The notes under the pieces are model-generated. The model saw only the letters and a program-made list of their open reading frames with translations, was not told the DNA's origin and did no database searches. Shown here one piece after another: positions 1 through 11,972 of a stretch of 64,000 nucleotides of DNA. The stretch comes from Azolla caroliniana (Eukaryota; Plantae; Polypodiophyta), in NCBI GenBank assembly GCA_043228905.1, contig JBHGNT010000001.1, forward strand, positions 18,724,001-18,788,000. The letters run 5' to 3'. A program made the position numbers and the translations under genes. The stretch's first letter is position 1. Each line of letters opens with the position of its first letter.

Positions 1-28
1 CACTACTATCACCCGAGCGAGGTGGTTT

Positions 29-1146
29 CTGCAATTATAAGTTTTGTAAGAAGATATCGATTATCCTAAAATCAATTAATATTGTTAAAACACACATACC
101 CATTCTCTAAATACAATAAAGAATTCTTCAAGAACATTGTATGGTGATGTTTTTGGGCACGATTGCTCCACTTCTTCCCATGTTGGTAGGGACATTTTTT
201 CATCATCAGCTCTTGTATCTTCATGTAAACCTTATGGTTAAAAAACATTACACATAAAGGTCAAAATCAAGGGTAAATTAACAAAGCAATCCAAACACAA
301 ACAATAATACAAAAAAACTACTCACTTTTGAAATTCTGTAACCATTTTGTCTAAGCTTCCTTAGCAACCACTTGTGAAAGTATAGATATTAATACGCTAT
401 CATCTTTTATTCCTTGTAATGACCACCAAGAAAACAACTTCACATCCTCGGTTAATTCTTCTATCACTAAGTCACTTTCACATAACTTAGACTTCATGTC
501 CATTGGAGGGTCCAACTTAGCCTTCTTTGAACATTGATCCTTGATCTCTTTCCGCTCCCACATACTAAAAATCTTATAAAGGTTCCAAACCTCCCCAATT
601 CTGAAAGCGAGCTGAAACCATGAGTCATACTTTCTTAGGCCTTTAGATTTCATGCTTTTGTCAACTGCTATCCCCACTTCTAGGAGACATCGTCATCGCA
701 ATCCAGGATGCAGCCTACGACCATATCTCTACAAAGCATTAAGGTAATCGTGATGAAAGAACTTGATGTGTTCTATACATGACATCTTTTGGCTATAGTC
801 ATCTTTTCGTTGCAAAATAGCCCTCATCAACTCAGACCCTTCGCATTCCCCCCGAGCTCTCAACATCAAGCAACAAGTTAGGTGAATCATTATCTTCGTA
901 TTCAATATTTTTTATCTGGCCGTAAGTGAAGGTCTGCCCCACTTGTAGCTTGCCTTGACCTTCAGACTTTGCAAATACAAAGGGCAAGTCTCCCTCTTCC
1001 TTAGCATAAATTAGTGAATTGATGTAGTTCTTTAGACGAGGCTCAACGAGCTTATTAGCCAATGTCTTCATTGTGTTGCCTACTAATGACTTAGATGTCC
1101 AGTCGCCTCCTGACTCAATCAACTTCCTTCTTGAAGCCTCTTTCAC
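29..1146 (-). pseudogene. Degraded intron-containing gene fragment of unknown product, possibly from a DNA transposon
   Basis: Broken minus ORFs 832-1146 and 351-677, followed by two AT-rich GT-AG intron-like segments (325->231 GTGAGT...ATAAG; 99->29 GTATGT...TGCAG); frameshifts and stops; no recognisable domain. Confidence 0.35.
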
Positions 1147-1391
1147 GATGTTTGTCAGAAAGTCATCTTCTCATTGTCATTATTGCGTTGAAGATTTCCA
1201 AGAGCTTAAGGGCACTAGCTATCTCGCCCTCTCAGTTTTTGTCTTCTTGAACACCTCGAGTCAACACCGGCACCATGAAGAAAGGAAAGAAAATTGCTAG
1301 GTATATTTTTTAACCTATTTTAAAGATTCCCTAAAGGATGTATTTTTCTTTTTAATTAATTTTAATCTAATTATCAAAGTGGAGTATATGG

Positions 1392-1449
1392 GAACTCGAT
1401 GCACTGCATCAAGTTCGAGTTCTGATATGCTCTATGTGAACTCGATGCA
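1392..1449. repeat. Short palindrome GAACTCGATGCA-C-TGCATCAAGTTC plus a third copy of the arm
   Basis: 11/12 inverted match at 1392-1416; direct copy GAACTCGATGCA at 1438-1449. Confidence 0.6.
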
Positions 1450-3000
1450 GTCGTAATGTTAACTCTGCATTAGTTTGTGTGGCTTCCAACCATTCCTTCT
1501 TCATTAGCTCTGACACTCTTGTAGTTTGTTTGCACACCTCGGCCATATCTTTTGCTTCCTCTGTTGTTTTGGCAAGTTCTTGATGAACTTCGACAAATGT
1601 TACATGTGAGGCGGCATCTAGATAGCCATCCCTTTATTCCTGACATCTCTCTGCCATCTAATTCTATTCAGTTCGCATTCGTCTTCGGGCGCAATATCTC
1701 CTAGTGGCACTCGTTGAATCATCTCCCATTCCTTATGTTCTTGCACTAATTTGTCAGAAGTGAATTGTAGTTGTTTTGCTAACCACCGACCAACTCGTAT
1801 GATGTGCCAAATTGTAATATGGCCGGTAGTTCATGGGCAGCTGGTGGTATATCAGGTTTAGCTAAAACTTCATTGGTAGTTATGGTTGATGATTTTCCTC
1901 TTTCAATGGTGCATGTTAATGTCGTTGCATATTCCGTGTCTAGCACCTGCGTTGTTGTTACCCCGTACTATTGTGTTCAACGCTCTTTTATTAATCCCCC
2001 TCTTTTTCTTCTTTGTTTGATTCTGATCATCAGTCGTTGATTTTCTTTTAGATGACTCCTGGTCAACACTTGTCTTGTCTATCGACTTTGGGTTTGGTCT
2101 TGTTGCTTTGTATCGACTTGTTGTGATGTCGACCGACTCTTTTCTTTGGCAAGAGGTGGTTGGTTCATATTCGTCTCTTCCTATGGTCGACTTTCTTCTT
2201 GCTATTGCCTAGGAGATGGTTGTTGCCTTTCTGTTGTTGGTTGGCCTTCTTGCAACTCGATATGTGGCCCCATCAATATCTGTTGTCTTGCCGACTACTT
2301 GGGCAACGACTGCGATGACTACCCCTTCTCCTTCTCCAGGGTCTTACGTCCTCCGATGGTCAATGGCATTGTGGGGGGGGGGGGGAGGGGGGGGCTTGAG
2401 CTTTTGAAATTTTGTCCCGATACCCTCTCTTTTTAGGTTTCTTTCGTTCTTTCTTTGTCCCTCTCCCTGTATATTCTTCTTTTTCACTTCTTAGTGACTT
2501 TCTTCTTCTCTACGTAGTTTCTATTATCTTCTCCTACTTTGCTCTTCTTCGTCACTTTCTTCCCCTTCTGTTTGTCTGTGCCTGTTTTTCTCTTCTTTTG
2601 GTGGTTTGGGGTGGAAACACGACCTTCCCTCTCCTTCTTCTATCTGTTTGGACGATGTAGGCAGAGCTTGAGAGGCGGTAGCAGGTTTTGCTTCTATGAC
2701 GGCGATTGCGCCTTCATCCACTCGTGTTTCATCATGTCTTTTGCTTTTCCTGTGGCTGTTCTCCTCATCCTCTTCTTTCTCATTCTTCTCCTTCTTACAC
2801 CACGCCGTCTTCTGATTTCTTCTTTTCTTCTGCGTCAGTCGTTCGCATGTTGTTCGGCGGGCTGTCCCTCGGTTTGCACTCTTGGCTGACTCCGTCACCG
2901 CTTAGATGTCTCTGTCCGGTTTAGGGTTTAGGGCTCGGCCATGGCTTGGCTGGCTCTCTCGGCCGTGACTCGGCTTCTCGGCCACTTTCTCGACCGTAGT

Positions 3001-3090
3001 TGGGCCGACTCTCGGCTTCTCGGCCGTCGTTAGGCCGAATCTTGGCTTCTCGGCCGCGGTTGGGCCGGATCTCGGCTTCTCAGCATCTTT
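3001..3090. repeat. Degenerate 30-bp GC-rich tandem repeat (about 3 copies)
   Basis: Units of the form tgggccgactctcggcttctcggccgtcgt start at 3001, 3031 and 3061. Confidence 0.7.
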
Positions 3091-5029
3091 CTTGGCCGTG
3101 GCTAGGCCTTCTCTCGGCTTCTTTGCACGGGAGCTTAGTGTTGTTGTCTTTGTCCGGCAGCCGTGTATGTCTGTCTGATGTCTGATATAGAGATAGTGAA
3201 CTAGAATGCCCGTTGGTTTGATCTTCTCTTCACCTCAGAAACATACACAATCGAATCATTACACCTACCTACCTCTTACAACGCTAAAACTTCTTGGCCT
3301 ATAGGCCCACAGCAATGCATAAAGATTTATCCTCATGCTTCGAAATCCCCTCGTTAGGAATTGGAAAATGACAGAAAATGCATTCGCTTTCTTCTCTAGT
3401 CCTAGGATGTCCAAAGCTTCCTAAGCTTTGGGTTTAGAGTCTTTTTAAGTTGTTGTTGGAGATGATCTTCATAAGACTTGAAGTTGTACCAAGGCCTAAG
3501 AGCAACAAAATGGAAACTTGGGCTGAAACTGCTGCATCACCGCTTTCCTTGCACCACATCCCTTTCCATTAATTACATCTGAAAATATTCACTATGAGAA
3601 ACGAATTACAAACGCGAAAAGCATAATGGCAATAATGACCATTTGATATCTAAAATGTTTGCGATTAGCAAGCAGAAGAGGAGGAGAAAGGATCAATGAT
3701 AGGAGCTATCACTCATCGTGATCTAATCTTCAAGAAGCTTCATCAAGGAATGAGAGTTCCTTGTAGAAGTATGATTTCTACCCATGAGATCTCCATGGTT
3801 GGCTACAGAGAAGCATTGAGAGTGACTACAACACAGGGGGACATGGATGGACAGACGCCATAGCCATAGCCATGGCTTCTTGCATACTTTTGCTGCCTAT
3901 GATGCACCGACTTCTCAAAGGGGGTAGGCCGTAGGGTGTGCCATGTGTTGATGGGTAGGGGGTGGAGCCGATCTCCCAAAGGGGTCACATTGACCCAAAG
4001 GGGTACGAATGTGACGGGAGAGAGAGGGAGAGAGATGCACAAATAGAGAATGAATGAGAGAGAGAGAGAATCAAGATAGACACAAGTTGAGGGTGTAATG
4101 TAAATATATTTCTCTTTTTCCATGCCCCATAGGTGGGGTTTAAATAGTATAAGATTTGTACATTACAAAAAGCCGAGTGGGGATAGTTACACCTACTTAC
4201 CCCACCTATCACTCACACGTTAACATTTTATATTCCACATTACAGGTTCCACATTACACGTGACCCTCTCGTACACATATAAGGGTAACATTGATAGAAC
4301 TAGCATGGAGCCCATTTTTGTTTGAAACACGAATACTAATTTGGCAATATTAAAAAAAAATTCTTCTCCATGTCAATGATTATCAACAAAGCCTTTTTGT
4401 TTTTCACTGCTTTTGTTTCAAGTACCACATAGATTGAAGTCGACTTTCCTCTAACTCCAAGAGTTGCTCCCTTCTAATTCTTTCAGACTGCTCCTCACGA
4501 AGTCGTTCTAATACTTTCATAGAGATTGAAGCAGATCATGAGGGGATGATGAAACATAGTAGACTTATTTTGTTGTTATTGTATAGGATCTTGGTGGTAA
4601 GTAGTGAGATGGTTGATGTAGACCAAAGGAAGTAGAAGTTTGTTTTGTGATAAGGATGAGTGAAGATGGTGTGGGGGTCGAAGCATATTTGTTTGAGGAG
4701 ATGAGGACATAGATAATTTTGTTTTATATGTAGATGATTGTGGTGTTACTAGCGCATGGATGGTGTGAGAACATGATGGTTATGATAAACTGGGGTGTTG
4801 ATGGTATGGAGATTCAATACAAGTACATTTTCAATGGTCGCGGAGATGAAGGACATGTAAATGGGGGCTATCCAAGGTGGTCCATCACGGTCTACCCCAA
4901 GTGGCATGTTCATCATGGACTGTTTTTCGTGTCTTTAATTGCAACAATTGAAGGTCTTGACATACAAAAATTTGCCAAGTGGCTTGATTGATTGGGCAAA
5001 TACAAATGCATTCTATGATGGGTTGGCTG

Positions 5030-5600
5030 GCTATCCATGCTCAAATTGTTGAAGACGGTTTTGATGGGCAATGTTTGTGACAATTTCTACATATGTATGC
5101 AAGATATGGCTATTTAATTATTGGATGTGTTCTGTGAACTATTACTTCAGAACCAATAGCTAGTGGACAACCAAGGTATATATGTTGACCATGACTACCC
5201 GCAAGAAATGTATTCTCTTGGACAGCATATGTGGAACCAAATGCAAACATGAAGTTTTCAGACTACCAGCTATGGTGGATAGCCATGAGCTTTACTATAT
5301 GCGGAATCAAGTTCAGCCAACTTTGTCTGCAACATAGTTTTTAGAGACCTTGACAAGGGGCAAAGGAAGATGTGTTTCAGACGCTTCTAACTACAGATGT
5401 GGTCTCATGGAATGCAATGATGATAGAGATTATAGAACATGGAACACTAACTTGTTTTCACATGTAGGAGATTGACAATATGGTCCTCGATTCTATAACC
5501 TTTATATGTGGTCTCCTAGCTTGTTGTAGCAAAGGTGTTATTGGCAAAGGGTGAGAGTTATATTCATGGATTATAATTATCCTTAGCTTGCCAAATGTCA
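5030..5600 (+). pseudogene. Decayed PLS-class pentatricopeptide repeat (PPR) gene relic
   Basis: Manual translation gives IHAQIVEDGF, LHMYARYG, DVVSWNAM (from 5396) and DSITFICGLLACCSKGVIGKG*ELY, which are typical PLS-PPR motifs, with stops and frameshifts. Confidence 0.7.
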
Positions 5601-5718
5601 TCGCTTATATTTGGTCCTTTCTTTGATGATTACTTGTGGAGATGAAACAAACATTACATACTATTTGTATAGTACCTTTGGCCTTTTTAAATTTAATACC
5701 AATGGAGTGCCATATTTT

Positions 5719-7896
5719 TTATGGAAAAAAGGGCATGGATTGAATTGGTGTTTTGTAACTTGTCCTGTATGCCCAGAGAGCACTATACAATTTTCGATCC
5801 CAATCTGTGCGATTCTCATCTACAAAGTTTTTGAGGATCGTTTTTAAAGTTTTGTTAGTGGACTTGACTAACCCATTTGCTTGAGGGTAATATGGCGTGC
5901 TCTTTTTGTGTACCACCTCATAGTACTCTGTTAATCCATGGATGACTTTGTTTAAGAAGTGCGACCCCTAATCCTTGATTAACTCAATTGGACATCCGAA
6001 TCGATACAATGTATTCGTAAAGGAACTTTGTTGTTGAGTTGGTCGTATTATCTCGGAGCGCTTTGGCTTCGACCCATTTGGTACAATAATTCGTATCCAC
6101 AATAACAATAATATACCTGTTACCTGTTCGAGCTGTTGGCGGTTTAAATGGACTAACAAAATCCAATCCCCACTTCTGAAAAGGCTCCAATGGTAGAATT
6201 GGTCGATGTGGCATTCGACCCCGCTCGGTCACCTGGCCTAGTCTCTAACACAAATCACATTGCTTACAGAATTGGTGTGCATCTTTCAAAGTTGTCGACC
6301 ACTGTAATGTTTATTGGTTTAAACGTGCTTATTTGGGGGCTATCATACTGTAATATCGGAGTCACCGGCTTTATTGGACTGACCTAATGTGTGTCATTGG
6401 GTACCCCACACATGATTTGTCAGGTTGATGTCATTACATGGCCTAGGTCCTATAAATAGGGGGGGATACTCTCCTTTGTCAGGGGGAGCCCCATGAGTGG
6501 TTCCGACGAAGCTCTCTTTGATGTGAACTAGTCATTTACCAAGGTCCTGACAGTGGAGATCCTGGCTGGTATGGGACAAATCGAGATTCCTCGTTTGCGT
6601 TGTCGACTCTGACGCGGGGGTGGATGGGAGGTAACGCGTATTTTCAGTATGATTGTGTCACTTATGTCTGTATTTTAGTATTAATGATCTTGGTTACTAC
6701 ATATGGTATCAAAGTGGTTTTAATACTAAAAAAATAATGTTTGATTGGATTCACGTTGTATGCTATAGTACGGGAAAATATGATATTTCTTTTTGGACTA
6801 ATGTATGTTAAATGATGGGGGGAGTGTCAAAAATGCCACGAAGATTCCATTAGGGGTGATGTGTTGATATGTGGTGTATTGTATGGGGTTATGTATAATA
6901 AATATATTAAGTTTTTAACATGGATCCTATCAACAAGATTTGTGTGATGGGTTGGTTAGTAAATTCTTGTTATAACCTTAAAAAAAAGGCTTTGAGTTCG
7001 ATCCACTAATACACAAAAAAATTAAGGGGTTAAAAAAAATAGGTCTATAAAATTGTTGTTGTTGTTATTGTTATTATATTTGTTTTACGTCTAAACCAAT
7101 GAATATTACAACCACCACAGAGACACTACTCCAAATTCTCCGTGTTGTAGTGTCTCCAACATAATGTCCTCCTGCGATGCCATAGTGTGCTTCTCTTAAA
7201 AATGCTTCTTTCTCATCGTGTCGAACTGTTTGATGCCATATCCCATCGGCTCCTTTATGATATAGAGTGTCGTTTAAGACATAGAAGTTTTGACTCTGTA
7301 CCGCTAATCTCTTCTTTTCACCTTGTTGCATGTTTTAAGGTGGTAAGCCCTTTGTAAGAAAATACAACATATCATTCTAGGCTATTTGTCATTGGGCTCC
7401 TAGTCAACTTTTGCTGAATCAGCCGCCTCGATGTGAAATAAAGATCCGTTCGGAAAATCTTATTTACCACATCTATCGACTCGACAACATGCTGCACTCC
7501 TGGTCGATGAATGATATCAAACTCAAATTCTTGCAAGAGTAATATCCATCTTGCTAGCTTGCATGTAATGACTAATTTGACACTAGATTGAGTAATGCAG
7601 AATGGTCGACCTGACATGTGAATTTCCGACCGAGAAAGTAGTGACGAAATTTGTTCACATAGTAAATCATTCCTAAGGTTTCTCATTTAGTAGTCGAATA
7701 ATTATGCTCAGTAGTTGACAATTTTCGACTAGCATAGTAAATCAATCGATACTAGTTTGGTGGAGTAAGCTTCATTAAAGCACTTCCGATTGCTATATCC
7801 GACACATCCACAAAGACATGAAGATCTTTGGTCCAATCTGGCAGTTGGACGACCAGAACTTGTGACAACATTCGTTTTAAAGAATTATAAGCTTTG
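5719..7896 (-). mobile_element. Old Ty3/Gypsy element Z (non-chromovirus-like): degraded RNase H and integrase
   Basis: [72 protein letters not shown]; split by the 6303-7110 insert and by Copia A. Confidence 0.9.
6303..7110. mobile_element. 808-bp non-autonomous element with 24-bp TIRs and a 5-bp TSD, containing an LTR-like unit
   Basis: TIRs 6303-6326 and 7087-7110 match 21/24 (TGTAAT...ATTACA); ACCAC at 6298-6302 and 7111-7115; interrupts the Gypsy Z integrase region. Confidence 0.8.
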
Positions 7897-8293
7897 TGAA
7901 AAGAATGGCATGCGGAAGCAATATAGGAAACCGAACAACAGAGAACACAGGTTTCATGGAAAGCTTAGGTTTTCACAGTACGCATGGGAGAGATAGAGAG
8001 AAAGTAAGCACGAGAACTCAATTAAAAAATAATACTCGATCTGTACATCGTGTGTGTTCAATGAACACTTTTATACAAGTCCTTTTTGGACTGACAGAAG
8101 TACTGACAGTACTTCAATGCTCATTAAGGAGCCCTACACTAACTCTCAAATATATTCCTTGCGGAATATCTTTCCGATGGCCTCACGGTTTCTGCACCGA
8201 TCCGACTTCCTACGCATCGATCTGCGTACTGGTACCGATCCGGTCCTTGGCTTGCTCAGCCGATCCGACCGATGTTGAGCTTGTCTCTCAACA
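7897..8293 (-). repeat. 3' LTR of Copia A
   Basis: TG...CA ends, adjacent PPT, near-identical to 25129-25526. Confidence 0.95.
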
Positions 8294-8630
8294 CTCCCCC
8301 TCAAGCTCAACTTGAGGCTCTTCGGGATCTTCGGGATCACCGCTTTGGTTCCTCCTGGCTCCACGCCTCGCTCGCGCTCCTCGGCCTGTTCGACTCCGCG
8401 TGCTTCGACCCTTCTAGTCGGCTTGTCTGCTCCCACAGACCTTTACAACTCCCTTGTTGTCGTGGTGTTGGCGCTTCTCCTGTTGCCTTCTTTTCCGCTT
8501 GGCCCTCAGTTGATTCAGTGTATCCGAATCAAACATCCGAACCGACTCGGCTACCTCCGATCGGTTTTCACTCTCGTTTGAGTTGGCTGTCTCTAACTCG
8601 TCTTCGGTCTTCTCGCCCTTGACGACGTCA

Positions 8631-8978
8631 TGTTGAGAGACAAGCTCAACATCGGCCGGATCGGCTGAAGAAGCCGAGGACCGGATCGGTTAGGCCGTTA
8701 GGAAAGATATTCCGTGAGGAATATATTTGGGAGTTAGTGTAAGAGCTCTTAATGAGCATTGAAGTACTGTTAGTACTTCGGTCAGTCCTCCTAGGACTTG
8801 TACAAAGTGTTCATTGAACACATATATGTTTGTGGTTGTTTTTTCCTTTATACACACACATTCTCTCACTCTCTCGGTCTCCCCCGCGTATACTGTGTAA
8901 GCTCAAACTCTCCATTAAACCCAAGTGTTCTTCCTTCTGTTTTGTCTTTATACTTGCTTCCGCACGCTACTTTCTACA
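8631..8978 (+). repeat. 5' LTR of Copia B (348 bp)
   Basis: TGTTGAGA...TCTACA followed by PBS; about five mismatches by eye versus 21062-21409. Confidence 0.95.
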
Positions 8979-9048
8979 TGGTATCAGAACCTCTTTGCAG
9001 CCGACACAACTTGACGAAGAAGAACGATGGATAGAGGCCTCTCTGGTA

Positions 9049-9846
9049 GTGTTCGGATTGCCCAAATTTAGTGGCCGAAAGGCACAAATTTGTGAAGCCT
9101 GCCAGCTCGGGAAGCAACACCGACTTCCTTTCCCAAACGAGCGAAACCGGAGCCGGAACAAGCTCGACCTTATACACTCCAATGTACGGGGGCCGACTCA
9201 AAATGTTAGTCTTGGCAGGAGCCGATATTTCGTCTCCTTCATCGACGACCACACGCGGCACACGTGGATCTACCTCATTGAGAGGAAGAGCGAAGTCTTC
9301 GACTGTTTCCGGGACCTCAAAGGGTTCATGGAAACGGAAACGGAACGAAAGATCAAGTGCCTGCGGTCAGATGGCGGGAAAGAGTACTTTTCCGGTCAAT
9401 TCAACGGTTACCTACAACAAATAGGAATTCGCCGCGAATTCAGTTGTAGATACACACCAGAGCAGAACGGCGTGGCCGAGAGAAAGAATCGGTCAGTTGT
9501 GGAAGCGGCACGGGCAATGTTGGAAGAGAAGAGCTTGCCCAAGTTCTACTGGGCCGAGGCGGTAAGGACCGCGGTATACATCCAGAACCGGATCGGAGAC
9601 AAGGTGTCGGCGCACAAGCTATACTTCGGAACGAAACCGAACTTGCGACACTTGAGGGTGTTCGGTAGCATTGCGTATGTGCATGTACCGAAGGAGAAAA
9701 GGAGGAAGCTGAACGCAAAGGCCGAGAAATGCATCTTGGTCGGTTACTCAGACGAGCAGAAGGGTTATAAGTGCTATAACCCTCGCACCAAACAAGCGCG
9801 TGTTAGCCGCGATGTTGTGTTTGACGAATCCGCGTCCTGGTACTAG
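9049..9846 (+). pseudogene. Copia B integrase (premature stop at 9844-9846)
   Basis: CEACQLGKQHR, FIDD, LRSDGGKEY, TPEQNGVAERKNR, SRDVVFDE. Confidence 0.92.
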
Positions 9847-9906
9847 CCCCCGACTCCGAACCCCGACTCCAATCCGAGCTCTGACGATGAGGTCAGCGAG
9901 GCCGAG

Positions 9907-11322
9907 ATGCCTCTGGATGAGCCTGAAATCGAGACCCGCGAAGAGAGTCTGATTTCACTCCTGTTAAGTGGACCGATTGGACGGCTGAGTCGGTACGACC
10001 AGTCCGATAAAGAGTCGGTGAGTAGTGGAGACTCGGTCGTGCATTCCCCGCGCAGGAAGCCGAGGAGACGGCTTACACGCAAAGAGAAAGGGAAGAAGAA
10101 GGTGTCGAATTCCGGCACGGATAGGAACGAGTCAGACCGACGCGAGTCCGACTCCGAGGGAACCGGTGACGGGTCTTTAAAAGTGAAGTCCGTGTCGATC
10201 GAGAAGGCCTCGACATCGGCTAATGCGAGATTACGCCGATCAACCCGCCAGAAGAATCCTGTTTTGCGGTTCGGATACAACGAGTACATGGCGCATCATT
10301 ATGCGTACATGACCCGTGTAGCGGAAGTGCGTGAGCCGGAGAGCTATGTAGAAGCGGCTAAAGACGCGAATTGGCGTGCCGCGATGGAGGAAGAGATGCA
10401 CGCATTGGCGGAGAAGGAGACATGGGACCTGGTTGACGCACCAAGAGGGGTAAAACCGATTGGGTGTAGGTGGGTGTACAAAGTCAAGTACAACACCGAT
10501 GGCTCGGTCAACTGGTACAAGGCTCCGCTAGTGGCAAAGGGCTATGCGCAGAAACACGGCATCAACTACGATGAGACATTTGCGCCGGTCGCGAAAATGA
10601 CGACTGTTCGTGTTTTGCTCGCAGTAGCCGCGGCCAAGGGGTGGCACCTACATCAAATGGATGTAAAGAATGCGTTCCTGCAAGGTGACCTTGAGGAACA
10701 AGTGTACATGGTACAGCCCCCCGGATTTCCCTCCGAAACGAACTCCTCGGCAGTATGCCGACTGAAGAAGTCCCTTTACGGACTGAAGCAAGCCCCGAGT
10801 GCCTGGAATGCGAAGATCACACAACAACTGCGTCGGATGGGCTTCGTCACGTCAAAATCAGACTCTTCCCTGTTCATCCGGAAAGGTCAACTCGGACCGG
10901 TCAGTATTCTACTATATGTCGATGACTTAGTCATCACCGGCGCCAACCTAGACGAAATCGACCGCGTGAAGCTCCAGCTTGCGGCATCGTTCGACATGAA
11001 GGATCTGGGGGACCTTCATTACTTCCTCGGGATCGAAGTGATCCGTACCCCCGAAGGCATATTGATCAGCCAATGTCATTACGTGCTGGGTATGCTCTTC
11101 AAACTCGGGATGGCCGACTGTAAGTTCGTCTCGACTCCTCTGGACAGAACCATCAAGCTTCGTCCCGATACAGGAGAGGTATGCGACCTGACGAGGTTCC
11201 GACAAATTGTCGGAAGCCTCATATACTTGACCATCACCCGACCCGACCTCAGTTATCCGGTCGGGGTGATCAGTCAGTTCATGGCGCGACCTACCGAGGA
11301 GCACCTTCAGTGTGTGCAACGC
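9907..11322 (+). pseudogene. Copia B linker and reverse transcriptase, interrupted by Gypsy C
   Basis: HQMDVKNAFL, LKKSLYGLKQAP, LLYVDDL, TRPDL; the frame resumes as RVLRY after C. Confidence 0.93.
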
Positions 11323-11951
11323 TGTCGTGAAGAAAACCGTCCACAAGCGGAATTGGTGCACAGGAGCGTAGGAACCGGCTCTTCTCGAATGTTGTCCATA
11401 GAAGATCCTAGGCGGGTAGATTTAATGGGTAGGAAGTAAAGGGGAAACGGCTCCTTCCTTGCCTATAAAAAGGAGGGAGACGAGAAGGGGGTGGGGGATC
11501 GTGGAGAGTCGAGGACGAAGTGCTGTTGGTTTGCGTGCGAAGGCTTCTCTCTCTCTCTGGTTCGCAAACTCCATAGCTTCCTTCTGTGCAGGTTTCGGGA
11601 GGCTCGCGCTGCTCTGAGGAATGCCCGAGTGCTTCCGACAACACCTCCAACCTGCTCCTGTCTTTCTGTGCGTTTACGAACAGGCATTGGCATCTGTTCG
11701 CCGGCTTGTTCGGTTGTAACCGACTTCGTGTTTTTGTTGCTTCCGTGTTCTTGTTGTTGTCTTTGTTAATACATACATACATTCATGTCTCTCTGTGTCG
11801 CTGTCCCACTCGCGTCTTTGTGTCGAAGGGCCGTGTCCCTGTGAATCTACGCTCGCACGTAGTGGGTCTCTTGTCCTTTCTCTCTTGCTCTTTGGTATAG
11901 GACCCCTGAGGTCCCGCCTCATTCCACGCATCCGCGAGGAAAACCTCGACA
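11323..11951 (+). repeat. 5' LTR of Gypsy C (629 bp)
   Basis: Matches 19078-19694 apart from a 14-bp indel, a CT-repeat length difference and SNPs; TATAAAA near 11464. Confidence 0.95.
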
Positions 11952-11954
11952 TCT

Positions 11955-11972
11955 TGGTGAACCCGATGTGAA
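11955..11972 (+). promoter_or_regulatory. Primer binding site complementary to tRNA-Trp
   Basis: TGGTGAACCCGATGTGAA matches, with one C>T change, the complement of the plant tRNA-Trp 3' end as recalled (TTCACGTCGGGTTCACCA). Confidence 0.8.

Noticed and set aside
2372-2395. Long G run, possible G-quadruplex
   Set aside because: Isolated homopolymer in decayed sequence; length unreliable and no functional context
2412-2924. Overlapping hydrophobic or charged ORFs
   Set aside because: By-products of CT-rich low-complexity DNA; no domain motifs
2920-2933. (TTTAGGG)2 as an interstitial telomere
   Set aside because: Only two units; consistent with a telo-box or chance
8830-9048. Hydrophobic N-terminus on the B integrase ORF as a signal peptide
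   Set aside because: It is LTR, PBS and UTR sequence brought in frame by the gag deletion, with a non-ATG start
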